Under the pieces are notes generated by a model, which saw only the letters and a program-made list of their open reading frames with translations, was not told where the DNA came from and searched no databases. Below are positions 12,901 through 26,412 of a DNA stretch of 64,000 nucleotides, one piece after another. Each line of letters begins with the position of its first letter. Position 1 is the stretch's first letter. The stretch is from Pecten maximus (Eukaryota), in NCBI RefSeq assembly GCF_902652985.1, contig NC_047015.1, positions 49,724,001 through 49,788,000 of the forward strand. Direction: 5' to 3'. Made by a program: the position numbers and the translations under genes.

Positions 12901-15900
12901 GTTTTTTTGTTTGTTTTTTGTTTGTTTTTAATTGTTTGTTGTTTGTTTTTTTTTTAAACTTTTAGTTTGAGATACATCAACACGGCCATCTTATATTTGT
13001 CTTTGTCAATTGTCTATGCATCAATGCTTTGTTCTAATGACATTGTTTTCTTATTTCAAGTCACCAATGTCTTCAATTTATTTTTAATTTTGCAAACAAT
13101 TAACATTTCTTTTTCAAATTTCTGATGCATTGTTTTATTCCCTTTGTTCAGTTTGAGGAAGAACTAAAGGATAAAGTGGTATCTTATAAACCGTTAACCG
13201 GAACGGATATCAAGCAGGCGAGAATCCTACTGGTTGGACAGGTCGGGGCTGGAAAGTCTAGCTTCTTTAACACCATCAACTCAATCTTCAGGGGCCGTCT
13301 AAGTATTCAGGCCAATGCAGGCAGTGCTGAACATAGTTTAACCACCTCTGTGAGTATATAGTCATTGATATTCTCTTCAGATATATTCCATCAGTATTTT
13401 GTGAAATTTTGCCTATGGAGCCATCATATAATGGTATTGATCAAGGCCATGTATGGTAAGTTATGATTTTAAGTTTAAGAATTTATATAAGCTGGAAACT
13501 ATTGAACTAAAATATGCATGTTGTACATGCAAATTCGGAATAAAAACAACAAAAGGTCCAATGCGCCTGTATGGCTCACGTGCTTCTGATACGACATTGA
13601 AGTTGTTCTAGATCATTAATGCAGATACTAAGCTGACTACCACTATACTTTCATTCATCAAATATCTGCGTCTCCTGGTCGTCGAGAACCGTTCTTTAAA
13701 AATTTAAGTACACTTTTCTTTGATTTAAAGAAAACTCAAAGCCTTTCATCCCAACATCATACTAGCACAATGTCGGGTATCTTGTCTTCTGGTTGATATG
13801 AAGTTGTTATTTGAAATATTTAGCCTATTTTACCCCCGTTACTTTGAATATAGGTCAAGGTCATTCATTTGAAGGAACTTTGTAGTTCTTCCCTCCAGCA
13901 TGCTTCATACCCAGTACCAGGTCATTGGACCCCTTTGTTATTAAAAAGTTATTTAAAGTCTTTAGCCTATTTGACTCATGTGAATCCTTAAAGATATGCC
14001 AAAATATTGATTGAAATTGAAATCCTGTGCTAATTTCACTGTGCGAATGAACTGTCGATCATATATGCTGTTGTCCAAATGATTATCCCTTTCTGATAGC
14101 ATCAAATCATCGATTTACTTTTATTCATAATCCTCATACAACGTTCTCTGATTACATTCTGTTGATGCTAGAGGTATATTATATGATGTCGGCTTGTAAA
14201 CAAACAAATAAAAACAAGAATAATGCTACAAGAAGACATATAGCCACCTTGCTTATTTGAGTAATGTTTTTTTTTTTTTTTTTTTTTGAAATAATTATTC
14301 TATTATGTCACAGTACCGGATGTATCAAGTCAGAGCGGGATATGCTGGAAAACCTCTCAACTTCCGGTTATGCGACACACGTGGTATAGAAGAAGACCAA
14401 AGCCTTGATGACCAGGAATTCAATTATCTACTTGACGGTCATGTGCCCGATAAATACAAGGTGACAATATATTTTCAAATGTTTCGATTGTATACATATT
14501 TTGATTAAGCATTACTTTGTCACTGCATCTCAAAATCAGGAAAGCAAATTCCTGCTATACAAGAATTAATATCTATATACGATATCGAATTCATTGGTTG
14601 TCTATAGATGTAATTCTGACTAGGACGATGGAAAGTAAGTACGGAACTTTATGTAGAACTAGTATTTAGCTTCTCAATGTAGCGCCTACCATAACATCCG
14701 AGAGGGTGTGCCAGATGTGGTGACGTTGCAGCCAGATGTGGTGACGTTGCTAGCCAGATGTGGTGACGTTGTAGCCAGATGTGGTGACGTTGTATCCAGA
14801 TGTGGTGACGTTGTAGCCAGATGTGGTGACGTTGTATCCAGATGTGGTGACGTTGTAGCCAGATGTGGTGACGTTGTATCCAGATGTGGTGACGTTGTAT
14901 CCAGATGTGGTGACGTTGTAGCCAGATGTGGTGACGTTGTATCGAGATGTGGTGACGTTGTAGCCAGATGTGGTGACGTTGTAGCCAGATATGGTGACGT
15001 TGTAGCCAGATGTTGTGACGTTGTATCCAGATGTGGTGACGTTGTAGCCAGATGTGATGACGTTGTATCCAGATGTGGTGACGTTGTAGCCAGATGTGGT
15101 GACGTTGTAGCCACATGTGGTGACGTTGTAGCCAGATGTGGTGACGTTGTAGCCAGATGTGGTGAGGTTGTAGCCAGATGTAGTGACGTTGTATCCAGAG
15201 TTGGTGACGTTGTATCCACATGTGGTGACGTTGTATCCAGATGTGGTGACGTTGTAGCCAGATGTGGTGACGTTGTAGCCAGATGTGGTGACGTTGTAGC
15301 CAGATGTGTCGACGTTGTATCCAGATGTGGTGACGTTGTAGCCAGATGTGATGACGTTGTATCCAGATGTGGTGGTCGTTGTATCCAGATGTGGTGACGT
15401 TGTATCCACATGTGGTGACGTTGTAGCCAGATGTGGTGACGTTGTAGCCAGATGTGGTGACGTTGTAGCCAGATGTGGTGACGTTGTAGCCAGATGTTGT
15501 GACGTTGTATCCAGATGTGGTGACGTTGTAGCCAGATGTGGTGACTTTGTAGCCAGATGTGGTGACGTTGTAGCCAGATTTGGTGACGTTGTAGCCAGAT
15601 GTAGTGACGTTGTATCCAGATGTGGTGACGTTGTATCCACATGTGGTGACGTTGTAGCCAGATGTGGTGACGTTGTAGCCAGATGTGGTGACGTTGTAGC
15701 CAGATGTGGTGACGTAGCCAGATGTGGTGACGTTGTATCCAGATGTAGTGACGTTGTATCCAGATGTGGTGACGTTGTAGCCTAATGTGGTGACGTTCTA
15801 TCCAGATGTGGTGACGTTGTAGCCACATGTGGTGACGTTGTAGCCAGATGTGGTGACGTTGTATCCAGATGTGGTGACGTTGTAGCCACATGTGGTGACG

Positions 15901-18177
15901 TAGCCAGATGTGGTGACGTTGTAGCCACATGTGGTGACGTTGTAGCCAGATGTGGTGACGTTGTAGCCAGATGTGGTGAGGTTGTAGCCAGATGTAGTGA
16001 CGTTGTATCCAGAGTTGGTGACGTTGTATCCACATGTGGTGACGTTGTATCCAGATGTGGTGACGTTGTAGCCAGATGTGGTGACGTTGTAGCCAGATGT
16101 GGTGACGTTGCCAGATGTGTCGACGTTGTATCCAGATGTGGTGACGTTGTAGCCAGATGTGATGACGTTGTATCCAGATGTGGTGGTCGTTGTATCCAGA
16201 TGTGGTGACGTTGTATCCACATGTGGTGACGTTGTAGCCAGATGTGGTGACGTTGTAGCCAGATGTGGTGACGTTGTAGCCAGATGTGGTGACGTTGTAG
16301 CCAGATGTTGTGACGTTGTATCCAAATGTGGTGACGTTGTAGCCAGATGTGGTGACTTTGTAGCCATATGTGGTGACGTTGTAGCCAGATTTGGTGACGT
16401 TGTAGCCAGATGTAGTGACGTTGTATCCACATGTGGTGACGTTGTATCCACATGTGGTGACGTTGTAGCCAGATATGGTGACGTTGTAGCCAGATGTGGT
16501 GACGTTGTAGCCAGATGTGGTGACGCAGCCAGATGTGGTGACGTTGTATCCAGATGTAGTGACGTTGTATCCAGATGTGGTGACGTTGTAGCCTAATGTG
16601 GTGACGTTTTATCCAGATGTGGTGACGTTGTAGCCACATGTGGTGACGTTGTAGCCAGATGTGGTGACGTTGTAGCCGGATGTGGTGACGTTGTAGCCAG
16701 ATGTGGTGACGTTGTAGCCAGATGTGGTGACGTTGTATCCAGATGTGGTGACGTTGTAGCTAGATGTTGTGACGTTGTATCCAGATGTGGTGACATTGTA
16801 TCCAGATATTGTGACGTTGTATCCAGATGCGGTGACGTTGTATCCAGATGTTGTGACGTAGTATCCAGATGTGGTGACGTTGTATCCAGATGTGGTGACG
16901 TTGTAGCTAGATGTTGTGACGTTGTATCCAGATGTGGTGACGTTGTAGCCAGATGTGGTGACGTTGTATCCAGATGTGGTGACGTTGTAGCCAGATGAAG
17001 TGACGTTGTAGCCAGATGTAGTGACGTTGTAGCCAGATGTGGTGACGTTGTATCCAGATGTGGTGACGTTGTAGCCAGATGTGGTGACGTTGTATCCAGA
17101 TGTGGTGACGTTGTAGCCAGATGAGGTGACGTTGTATCCAGATGTGGTGACGTTGTAGCCAGATGTGGTGACGTTGTAGCAGGAGCTAGAATTTGTATCA
17201 CACTTCATGCCGAAAGAGGCAAATGTGCTAAAACACATTTTTCTCGTAACGTGAATATTATCCATACATTTACTTTTACCATGAAGTTCTCTCATATATC
17301 AAAGCAACATATTCTGTTGTTATACTTGGTAGTTTCTTTTAAACATTAGAGTTATATATTTTATTGCTTGTCAGTTCAACCCGGCCCTTCCTCTTTCGCC
17401 TGACGCCATAGGATTCATTAAGAACCCCACGCTGTCAGATAAAATCCATTGTGTGGCTTTTATCCTGGACGCTAGTTCTGTAGACGTCCTCCCACAGAAA
17501 GTGATGGAACGGTTCAAGTCATTGCAGACACGGATGAACCAAAGAGGTAAGACGTTGAATGCTTTTTTATTTCTTGGTATGAATAGATAAGTAAAATATA
17601 AAATTATATTAAAAACAATAAAAACAAGAAACAAAAAATCCAATAGAAATAAAAGATAAATATCATTTTGTATATTGCAACTATGTCATTTTATGATAAG
17701 CACTATTATGATATGTTGCGGGCACAACCAATCGGAACTCCTCAGCTGTGCTACACAGATGTTGCGTAGTCACATCCGAGGAGTTCCGAGTGAGGCACGA
17801 CCTGATTTGAAATTGAACAGAATATAAAAAAATGCATGGCTGACGTTTATTTCCTCGCAGGTATACCGCAGGCTGTTCTGTTGACTAACATAGACAAAAT
17901 ATGTGAGGAAATATCAGATGACGTCAGTAAAGTGTTCTTCAGTGGAGCGGTGAAAGAGTGTGTGGAGAAGGTTGCCATGATGATGGGACTACCACAGTCC
18001 CAAGTACTTCCTGTTAAAAACTACCATCGCGAGGTCGAGCTAGATCAAAACATCAACATCCTATCACTTATGAGCCTCAAGCGAATCCTCAACTTTGTCG
18101 ACGACTTCCTCTACAACAAGCTGGATGAGATTGAGGCTGAAAATGGAGCTCAAGTCAGAATCGCTGAATCTAAATAA
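9916..18177 (+). CDS. Interferon-induced protein 44-like (IFI44/IFI44L family) P-loop GTPase, 5'-incomplete; exons 9916-10157, 13152-13349, 14314-14460, 17375-17546, 17861-18177
   Basis: All junctions are GT-AG and phase-compatible. Motifs: RILLVGQVGAGKSSFFNTINSIFRG (Walker A), FRLCDTRG (G3), DKIHCVAFILD, GIPQAVLLTNIDK (G4-like), VLPVKNY. Stop TAA at 18175-18177. No start-codon exon found in the window. Confidence 0.9.
10475..12790 (+). repeat. Intronic minisatellite, 24-bp unit gctagtcatctagccagacacata (two related 12-mers), ~95 copies
   Basis: Read directly; degenerate at both edges. Confidence 0.95.
13545..14000 (-). mobile_element. Degenerate Helentron/HINE-type repeat in an IFI44-like intron
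   Basis: aacaa..aggtccaatgcgcctgtatggctcacgtg end motif, aggtcaaggtca and internally repeated tttagcctattt blocks, as I recall from bivalve HINE elements. Confidence 0.4.
14705..17180 (+). repeat. Intronic minisatellite, 21-bp unit gccagatgtggtgacgttgta (~118 copies) with a ~811-bp higher-order duplication
   Basis: Variant units gtggtcgttg (15372/16183) and cctaatgtgg (15781/16592) recur 811 bp apart. Confidence 0.97.
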
Positions 18178-18967
18178 AATTAGAGAAATATGTGTTGGAC
18201 ATTTGCGGCCAAGCTACACTGTACGTGGGCTAAAACCAAAAGATCTTAGCCTCTTTTACTAAACCGTATTTATCAGTTTCGTCAGTCTTTAACAAAGGCA
18301 TAATACCATGAGGCTCTCGACTAGAAAAAATCCATTGTTTTCATATCCCACCACATTCCCTTTGTAGGGAATTTATTATCATTTTGATTTACATTTATTT
18401 GCTATAGAACGTATGGGGTATCTATCGCTGAAGAAAAAAAGTCTGTATTTGAGTATAATCGGAATTCTATTATTCTTAAATATTTAATCCACTTGTATAT
18501 TTTTCGATGATCCAACATGTCATAATGAAGGTAAGCATCTTCATTATGTTGCCCTGGTGAACATAAAAACTCCTAGAAATAAAGGATGAAATGTAAAGGA
18601 TGGATACAGCTAGGCGCTTGTATCTGTTAATTAACACCAGAGTTAAAATCATCCTCGATATGTACTATATACAGAAAGGTATTCAGCTTCCGTTCGAGAT
18701 CTTCGGAAGATCGTTCGAACATCCTAGTAAAAAATAGAAAATTCGAGAATTAGCTAATTTGAAACCAAAGGCACTTATGTCTCACAGAACAGATGATCTC
18801 AGAAATATACGGAGGTAAACTTATGTCTTTTATCGGTAAAACGCACGTGACTTATGTTTGGGACGTCCCCTTAAGGTTAGTCGAGCATGTTAAATTGATG
18901 TAGCTACAAACTACGACAAAATTTGAAAAAATATCGAATTTTCTGCGTTTTTTTTTGTTTCCGAAAT

Positions 18968-19467
18968 NNNNNNNNNNNNNNNNNNNNNNNNNNNNNNNNN
19001 NNNNNNNNNNNNNNNNNNNNNNNNNNNNNNNNNNNNNNNNNNNNNNNNNNNNNNNNNNNNNNNNNNNNNNNNNNNNNNNNNNNNNNNNNNNNNNNNNNNN
19101 NNNNNNNNNNNNNNNNNNNNNNNNNNNNNNNNNNNNNNNNNNNNNNNNNNNNNNNNNNNNNNNNNNNNNNNNNNNNNNNNNNNNNNNNNNNNNNNNNNNN
19201 NNNNNNNNNNNNNNNNNNNNNNNNNNNNNNNNNNNNNNNNNNNNNNNNNNNNNNNNNNNNNNNNNNNNNNNNNNNNNNNNNNNNNNNNNNNNNNNNNNNN
19301 NNNNNNNNNNNNNNNNNNNNNNNNNNNNNNNNNNNNNNNNNNNNNNNNNNNNNNNNNNNNNNNNNNNNNNNNNNNNNNNNNNNNNNNNNNNNNNNNNNNN
19401 NNNNNNNNNNNNNNNNNNNNNNNNNNNNNNNNNNNNNNNNNNNNNNNNNNNNNNNNNNNNNNNNNNN
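18968..19467. other. Assembly gap (500 N)
   Basis: Run of N. Confidence 1.
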
Positions 19468-19590
19468 CCTTTTAAAAAATGTTTTTTTTTCAACAGAAGT
19501 CAATGCTAATCACGGTATATATAACGACGATGTAATAATCTGGTTGATGTCAACATCACACATATAATCAGGATGACTGTTAGAATGTTT

Positions 19591-21982
19591 TTATCCGACG
19601 ACTGTACTTGGAGTATTCTTCGCTAATGATGGGAGGTATTGGTTCCAGAACTGGACCCTGTCAAGTGTCACGTGATATTGTGGTGATATATTGCTGTCAA
19701 ACCGTTGGTAGAGCCCAGCTACCTGGTCGTATCTTGGCCAATGAGGAAGACCAGGACCATTTGGTGAACTGTAAACAAAAACAACAGATACAAGATTATT
19801 GTTTCATAAAATTATGATTTCTATAGGAAAAGGAAAACTGGATTTCAAATTTGTGTCAGTATGATTTATATTGCATGTGTTGTGATATGATAGACAGAAA
19901 TATCATAGGGAAATATTCATATCGTCTCAGTCTTTTTATGTGGTACGAATATTATTGATTAGATATCAAAACAATGTACAGTGATCGGTAGCATATTTTA
20001 CATGAAAGGAATTTATTACATAAGAAAAACTGAGACAGTAAAAACAAACAGAACACAACGTCATACATCATTAAATCATACGACGTAAAAATTGCTAGCT
20101 GTTTTGATATCAAATGCTGTAAACGTATATATTTTAGCGGGGAAATTGTTTTAGTGATTTTTCGCTCTGAAAATATTACACTTGATTACGATTCTAATCG
20201 GAACGTCTATATAACATTTTGCATATATAGTGGATGCATCCATTCATAAATAAGCCAATGTCAGATTTTTTTTAATGCTTAAATTCCTTTGTGGTCGATG
20301 GGGAGTGGTAATTGGATATTCTACAGAAACTGGTTATTACAGTTTTCCTACATAGCGAAAGTTCCATGGGATAATTTCGAAACAGTAACTATCATGCACT
20401 TTGAAACTTGTATTGAATTTGTTCAGAAAAGAAACATTACAAAGCAATGCATAGCTTACCCAGTCTTAGCGAAATTTGCCCAGTATGTCATCATGATCAA
20501 AGACAGCACTGGGTCATCTGCTTTGGAACCAGCAAACGAGAACAAATAGGAAAGTTCAGCGGCATGGCTTGCCCCAGTGAACCAAGAAGGGCGTTCGTTC
20601 GTACTCTTTGGTTCCTTGGTGAACATATACTGAAATGTATTCCTGCCCATGGTCAATCCAGGAGATGAGTGGCAGTCGAGAGTGCTGACCGTAGGGGCTA
20701 CCATAATGCCATCTGTGTACAGGTTGATGACACTTCTGCTTTGCTCAATGTCATTAATTTTGCTGTATTTTTGACAGATGGCGTCAGCAGCGGCCATGTT
20801 TCCCTCGAAGAGGTCTTTCGCATACTCCGGAGAAAGAACATCACATAAAAATCGAGTTGGTATACCAAGTGAAACATTAAAATTATATTGACGTTCTAAA
20901 TCATTCATATTGATGTCCAGCAGTATTGAACCTTCAGCGTCTGTATTGCCAAACATAGCATCCAAGGTTCGGAAAAAACAGGAGCCCTCTGAAGAGATAT
21001 TTGCCATCACATCTACGGGAAAAGCTTTAATAAGATCACCATCAACTACAGGTGCATCTCTCATTGCTATTTGATTGTCTCTATACTTTCCTTCATTTAA
21101 ATCCATTTGGGCTTGTATAATTTCTGCAGCGGATTTTCCTCTCAAACACTGAACAAGGACGGATGAGTCGAAATTTGCATCATGTTCATTTATGCAATGA
21201 AGGAAAATACCATATCCTCTAGACACCTTCTTAGCCTCTAAACTCATTGATGAAGGAGAATTAGCAGGTCCACTTTCACCGATAACGCGTTGGAATAGTC
21301 CATGGTTTTGTGGATTAAGAGCATGCAGAGCAACACTCATGGAGCCAGCTGATTCACCGAAAAGTGTAATTGAGTTCGGATCCCCACCAAATGCAGCGAT
21401 ATTTTGCTTTACCCATTGAATTGCAAGCCGCTGATCCCACAGACCGTAATTTCCCAACGAAGCATCGTCCATTGTACTCAGAAATCCGAGAAGTCCTAAA
21501 CGATAATTCACCGTGACAACAATAACATCTCCTACATTAGTGAGAGGTGACGCATCGTAAATGGTGCCTTGGCCAAATATATATCCCCCTCCATGTATCC
21601 AGATCATTACACTTTTTTTGTTTGTTAGGGAAGCATTGTATGGTGTGTACACATTTAATTGAAGACAGTCTTCCGACCTTTGCCTATTTTCGAGTATGTT
21701 TGAAATATATTTTGGATCTTGCATACATGACGGTCCGAACGATGTTGCATCCAGGACGTTTGTCCAACTACCAAATGGAACTGGTTTTCTAAGCCTCAAG
21801 TTTCCGACAGGTGGTTTTGCATAAGGAATATTTCGATACTGATATACTGAGTGATTCCTGTTCTGAATGGCAATGCCTCTGACGGGTCCAGATGGAGTAC
21901 GCAGCGTCTTGTAAGTTACACCATTTGCTACACTTACAAAGACTGCCACTAACGGTAGCCAATTGGCCTTGTACACCATCAT
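19591..21982 (-). CDS. Carboxylesterase type B, paralogue A (intact, secreted); coding exons 21982-20460 and 19768-19591
   Basis: Signal peptide MMVYKANWLPLVAVFVSVANG; SEDCLQLN, WIHGGG, FGESAG (Ser), NTDAEG (Glu), GASHAAEL (His). Phase-2 intron after FAKTG. Terminal exon SPNGPGLPHWPRY...DRVQFWN...TPSTVVG*. Confidence 0.93.
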
Positions 21983-22586
21983 ATTTTCTGAATAATCGGA
22001 AACGAAAAGTACACTTATAATATCTTTCATTCATTATTCAATATTTATCTCCGCATATATCTTTAATTCGAATTGGTACCTGTATCATTCCCTTTCGCTC
22101 TTTGTGCTCCCGGAAAGGGTCATGACAAAATCGAAAGCTCACTTTCCACATTCTTGTGGAAAAACAAATAAACTAGTTGCTTACTTTGTTCTTCAAACAA
22201 ATCTTGAGGTTGACATATAGAAAAATTGTCGGATTGTCGATCCTATATAGCCGTTAAAAGAAACACATCAGCTTAAAGATATTTGATGTTTTTTTCTTAC
22301 ACCAACCGAATTGCTAGTCGCTAGTCTTTGATTTTGTCATGGCATTCCAGAGGAGCAGAAAGTGAGAGTCAACGTTACCCCCGGAGTGGAAAAGCATGTT
22401 AACAGTCCCATAAAATGTTATACATCATCTGGGAACGGGGTGACGCTATGAGAAGGAAATCTCAATCGGAAAATGTTACAGCGCATTGTAACATGGAATA
22501 TTAGAACAAATGTAAAACTTTTTTAGGTTCATAATCAAAACATTTTATCAAACATTGTTAACTCAAGATATTACTTAAGGCCTTAC

Positions 22587-22670
22587 CTTTGTTGGTAATT
22601 CCGGTCTTATTCAGTCTCAAGGGACAACTGGCAGATATCGAGTTGGTAGTAAAGGTCAATATATAGATCA
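22587..22670 (-). promoter_or_regulatory. Putative core promoter and non-coding exon 1 of esterase A
   Basis: Minus strand: ctatatat TATA-like (~22660), ccagtt Inr-like ~30 bp downstream, AG|GTAAGG donor at 22587/22586. The block is conserved upstream of B (30782-30865). GATA motifs lie nearby. Confidence 0.55.
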
Positions 22671-22789
22671 GTCGCGATAACATTTGACCCATCGTTATCT
22701 TAGCTTGCTGGTTAATTTAGATTCATGAGAATGTCCCTGTGGTTACAAATATTGTAGGTCAGGAGAGAAAACATCAGAAACTACTCGTT

Positions 22790-24790
22790 CTAGCTTCCCG
22801 TAATGTTAAGAAGAGACACTCCAAACAGTCACTTTTGGAGGCCATGCTGAAGACCACTGATATGTTATGCCTACGTCAGCACTGGCTCTTTGAATTCCAA
22901 TAAGACAAGCTGAACTCCTCATCACTCTGCACACAGTAAGTCTATGGACTCCGATCCCATCAACACATGTTCCTAGAGGCTATGGTGGAGTTGCCGTAAT
23001 CTATAGCATTGACATTCATACCAAGATCACAGAACATCCGGATGGGGGAACAGATTGGTCTTGCCTTCTCGTGGAAATTCAACAATCCATGAATTTCTTG
23101 ATTGAACTTCAAATGTGTTGGTTTCAATGGTTCATTCTTACGACAAGAAAATAATGACAGAGACAGCTTACTGAATTTGTAAACCGAAGTTAAATCATCA
23201 CAGAATCACATTTTGACATCCTGTTTATTAACCAGAAATGCCGAAAGTGACTATATGTTCTGCAACCGGAAAGAATATCCACAAACGGTGAAGATCACAT
23301 TCCCTTTTCAAAGATATCATTAGGGAAAGTAAAATCATCAAAAACACTGCAATCCAGCAAACCAAAATGGGCAAGCTTTGACAAGGATATCTATCCGAGA
23401 TAAATCATGGAATCACAATTACAACGCAACCGAAAAAAAACACATACGGAAGTTAAATTCAGGCAGCTGTCAAACTTAGCAAACTTAGAGAGAATTATCA
23501 ATAATAGAACGGTCAGAGTTGTGAGACTATACACAATGTGGCAAGTCTAGGAATATACTCAATAGTACTGTGTTCTAGGTTGGAAACCACAAAGGTGAAG
23601 TGCTTCTATCTTTGACCCCACTGAGTTCCGTCTTTACATCGGGAATATTCTTCTCTTAGCTCTGCATTACTCGTAACGAAAGCCATACCAATGATATCAT
23701 CCCCGTTTTTAACGACATTGGATACAAAGTAGGCCTTTGACGTTATGGAACACCAGGTACTCTACAGACAACTGTACTCGGACAGTATCCAGGAGGGGGG
23801 GCTGGTTTATTGCCCAAGCTATCAATGTAAGTGATCAGTGTCGGATAGCCTTCCCATACGGCATGAGTCAGACAGTCCTCAATGCATTACAAGAGGTACA
23901 ATACGCCACTCCTACACTCCTAATGGGCTTTGAACAATCTTGATACCACACGTAACATGTGCCGCGCTACTGGCAAAATCAAAGAAGGATATGCAGACCT
24001 TATTATACTAGGTAAATACCTATAGAAGTAGGGGTGAGGGCAAGATACAACATAAACCCACTCAAGAGCAAGGTGATCCAATTCACCACCACCACCAATA
24101 TCCTCTTAAGTTAGAAGACCAGCCACTGGAAGTTATGGAGGGAAATGATCATTTAGGAGTTAATAGAAACATAAAAAGGACTTTGATATCGAAAAAAGGA
24201 ACAGGCAGACAGAAAGAGAGCTTACCTGTTAATAGGCGCTAGATTCCACGGCGAGCTATTAGAGGCATTGCAACGAGAGTCGCTACGCCAGGTGGAACAT
24301 ACTACGTATAGATTTCCGTCAGTTATAACCCTAGAACTTCTTTGGTTATCGCCAGTCGAGACATTAATCCACAAGAACATCCTGAACCTGTTTCGTAGTA
24401 TTATCTCCAGAGACGGTAGTATAGAATCTCAAGTGGCCCATCAACAACTAGCAGTGATGCACTTCAAGTCCGGCAGCTTCTTCTCTAAGGTACGAAGACA
24501 ACACGAAATGTATGGATTCCCAGACGTTTACCAACTACTCTTGAACACCACTTAAAAACTAAAGGGAAGGAAAGTGTCAATCTGGCCATCAACAGAAGTA
24601 TCACGCAGACATAGAGCGATGAGACGGAAGTGAAACCCCCACTGAAGGAAATTTACTTAAAGAACAAACACGAGGGAAAGTGTAGCATATCAACAGTGAA
24701 ATCGGTCCTAACCTGTTAGACGCAAAACGTGCAGAAATAAAAACAGACTGCTCACAGATACATACAAACTACAGGGAAACAGGCGCTAAG
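22790..24790 (+). mobile_element. Highly decayed non-LTR retrotransposon (CR1/L2-group LINE)
   Basis: Fragmentary translations include endonuclease-like HWLFEFQ, PRGYGGVA and HPDGG. RT-region IPHVTCA-ALLAKSKKDMQTLL has the DD deleted. C-terminal pieces LIHKNILNLF..QLAV..SGSFF and RLLTDTYKLQGNR are present. Confidence 0.7.
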
Positions 24791-26412
24791 TGAATGTGTA
24801 AGGCCTGGATGAGTAGTACTTAAGTTCTTATTATAGTTTCGTTAAGCTAAGTAAAATGTTTATAAAAAAATAGTATGTTTGTTTATTTATTTGAGTCCAT
24901 GGACCCATCCATTAGTGATTGTGTTAGAGTGATGGAGTGTTGAAATTCATATAGCATATACGCAAAACCTGTGGTTCCTAGAAAAGATCAAAAGATTGCA
25001 ATATGAGGACATGCTTCAGAAAGTGAGTTAGTATAAAAGTACTATCGGGTATATCAGGAGTGTCATGGTACATGTTATAAATGATAAATATGTTAATTAA
25101 TAAATATACGTGAGTTGAGATTCCCGTGCATGCGTACGTATCCATTATAGTATATGCAATTGTCAGTATAAAGAATATGAACGTGCTACATGAAATATCT
25201 AAAAGTAAAATATCTACATTCCGTTTGGCAAGTAATTCATTATATTTTTGACTGTGAAATGTAGAACATTATCAAACTGATAAATATATATGGTTTCCCG
25301 GAACTGCGTTCTTGAAGTATCGTAGCATATTGCCCATTGACAACGAGAGCGTATGAAGCTGTAGACCAACTCTAAATAATCCATATCTCGCGTGAGTTTG
25401 TTGTCTCAATTTAACGGATTTATGTACCGTTTCCATGCAAAGTCACATCAGTCACTTAGGCATCGGCGCAGTAATACCAGATGGCCTACATTTGATAAGC
25501 ATTACAGATCTTTATCCAATTACAATGTTTACATAAAGACTGGATAAAATATCGTGTTTTAGGAATTAATAAACGCGAACTGTAGTTTATAAGTGTCGTT
25601 TGTTATTTTTAACGTATTTTAAATGTGGAACTATATCTTGTAGCGTATTAATGTTTTGAAATGCGCACTTATCCCAATCAGCTGACTCGACCGGTTGTCA
25701 TTTTGACGAATTGGTGTATCTACTTTAAGTAAGCAGGTAAAGAAAAAACATGATAATAGCATGTTAAGGCCTCATTCATATCAAATATATTTCACCGCTA
25801 TTAAGCTGTACACCATTGAATATCCTCTATATGTTTGCATAAAAAATCTAAAGCAAAAACAAAAAAACAGGTACACTGTGAAAATGAGGGTACCTTCAAC
25901 TTAAGAGTCAAGGACAATGTGCTTAACGGTCATGAATTAAACATAACATAAACAAAATTTACAGTTCAGTTTAGAGCTCATGATGACGTCCTTTAAGTGA
26001 AAAAACGGTCTTTATGTATTGATGTATGGACTTGTGTTTATGATGTTTGGATATCTATGAATGATGTCTAGCAATATTCTTTACTCGATGGAATACATTA
26101 TGACTGACATTCGTTCCAGTAGCTTGTCAGGTACTGCCCAATTCTGTACATTACGTTCTTCAATTCGATAGTATTATATGCCAAATAAAAAAGTCCGGAA
26201 TGCCAGGAAAGAATTGAATGTTTAATACTTTTTTTCTAAACACTGAAGGGAAATAAAACCTGGATGTTTAAATTAAATTGTACATTATTTCATCATCTTA
26301 AAATGTTTTTTTCAACAGAAGTCTATGATAATCACGGTATATATAACGACGATGTAATAATCTGGTTGATGTCAACATAACAAATATAATCAGGATGGCT
26401 GTTAGAATGTTT

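Noticed and set aside
14649-17295. Long His-rich (WLQRHHI)n, (ARCGDVV)n and (TTSPHLA)n ORFs
   Set aside because: Products of a 21-bp minisatellite that is stop-free in most frames on both strands. It lies inside an IFI44-like intron and has frame-breaking unit variants.
18852-19567. ORFs containing long X runs
   Set aside because: Artefacts of translating through the N gap.
21983-22030. Upstream ATG extending esterase A to 524 aa
   Set aside because: It lies upstream of the CAG acceptor at 21988-21990, in the intron. Paralogue B and the signal peptide indicate the start is MMVYK.
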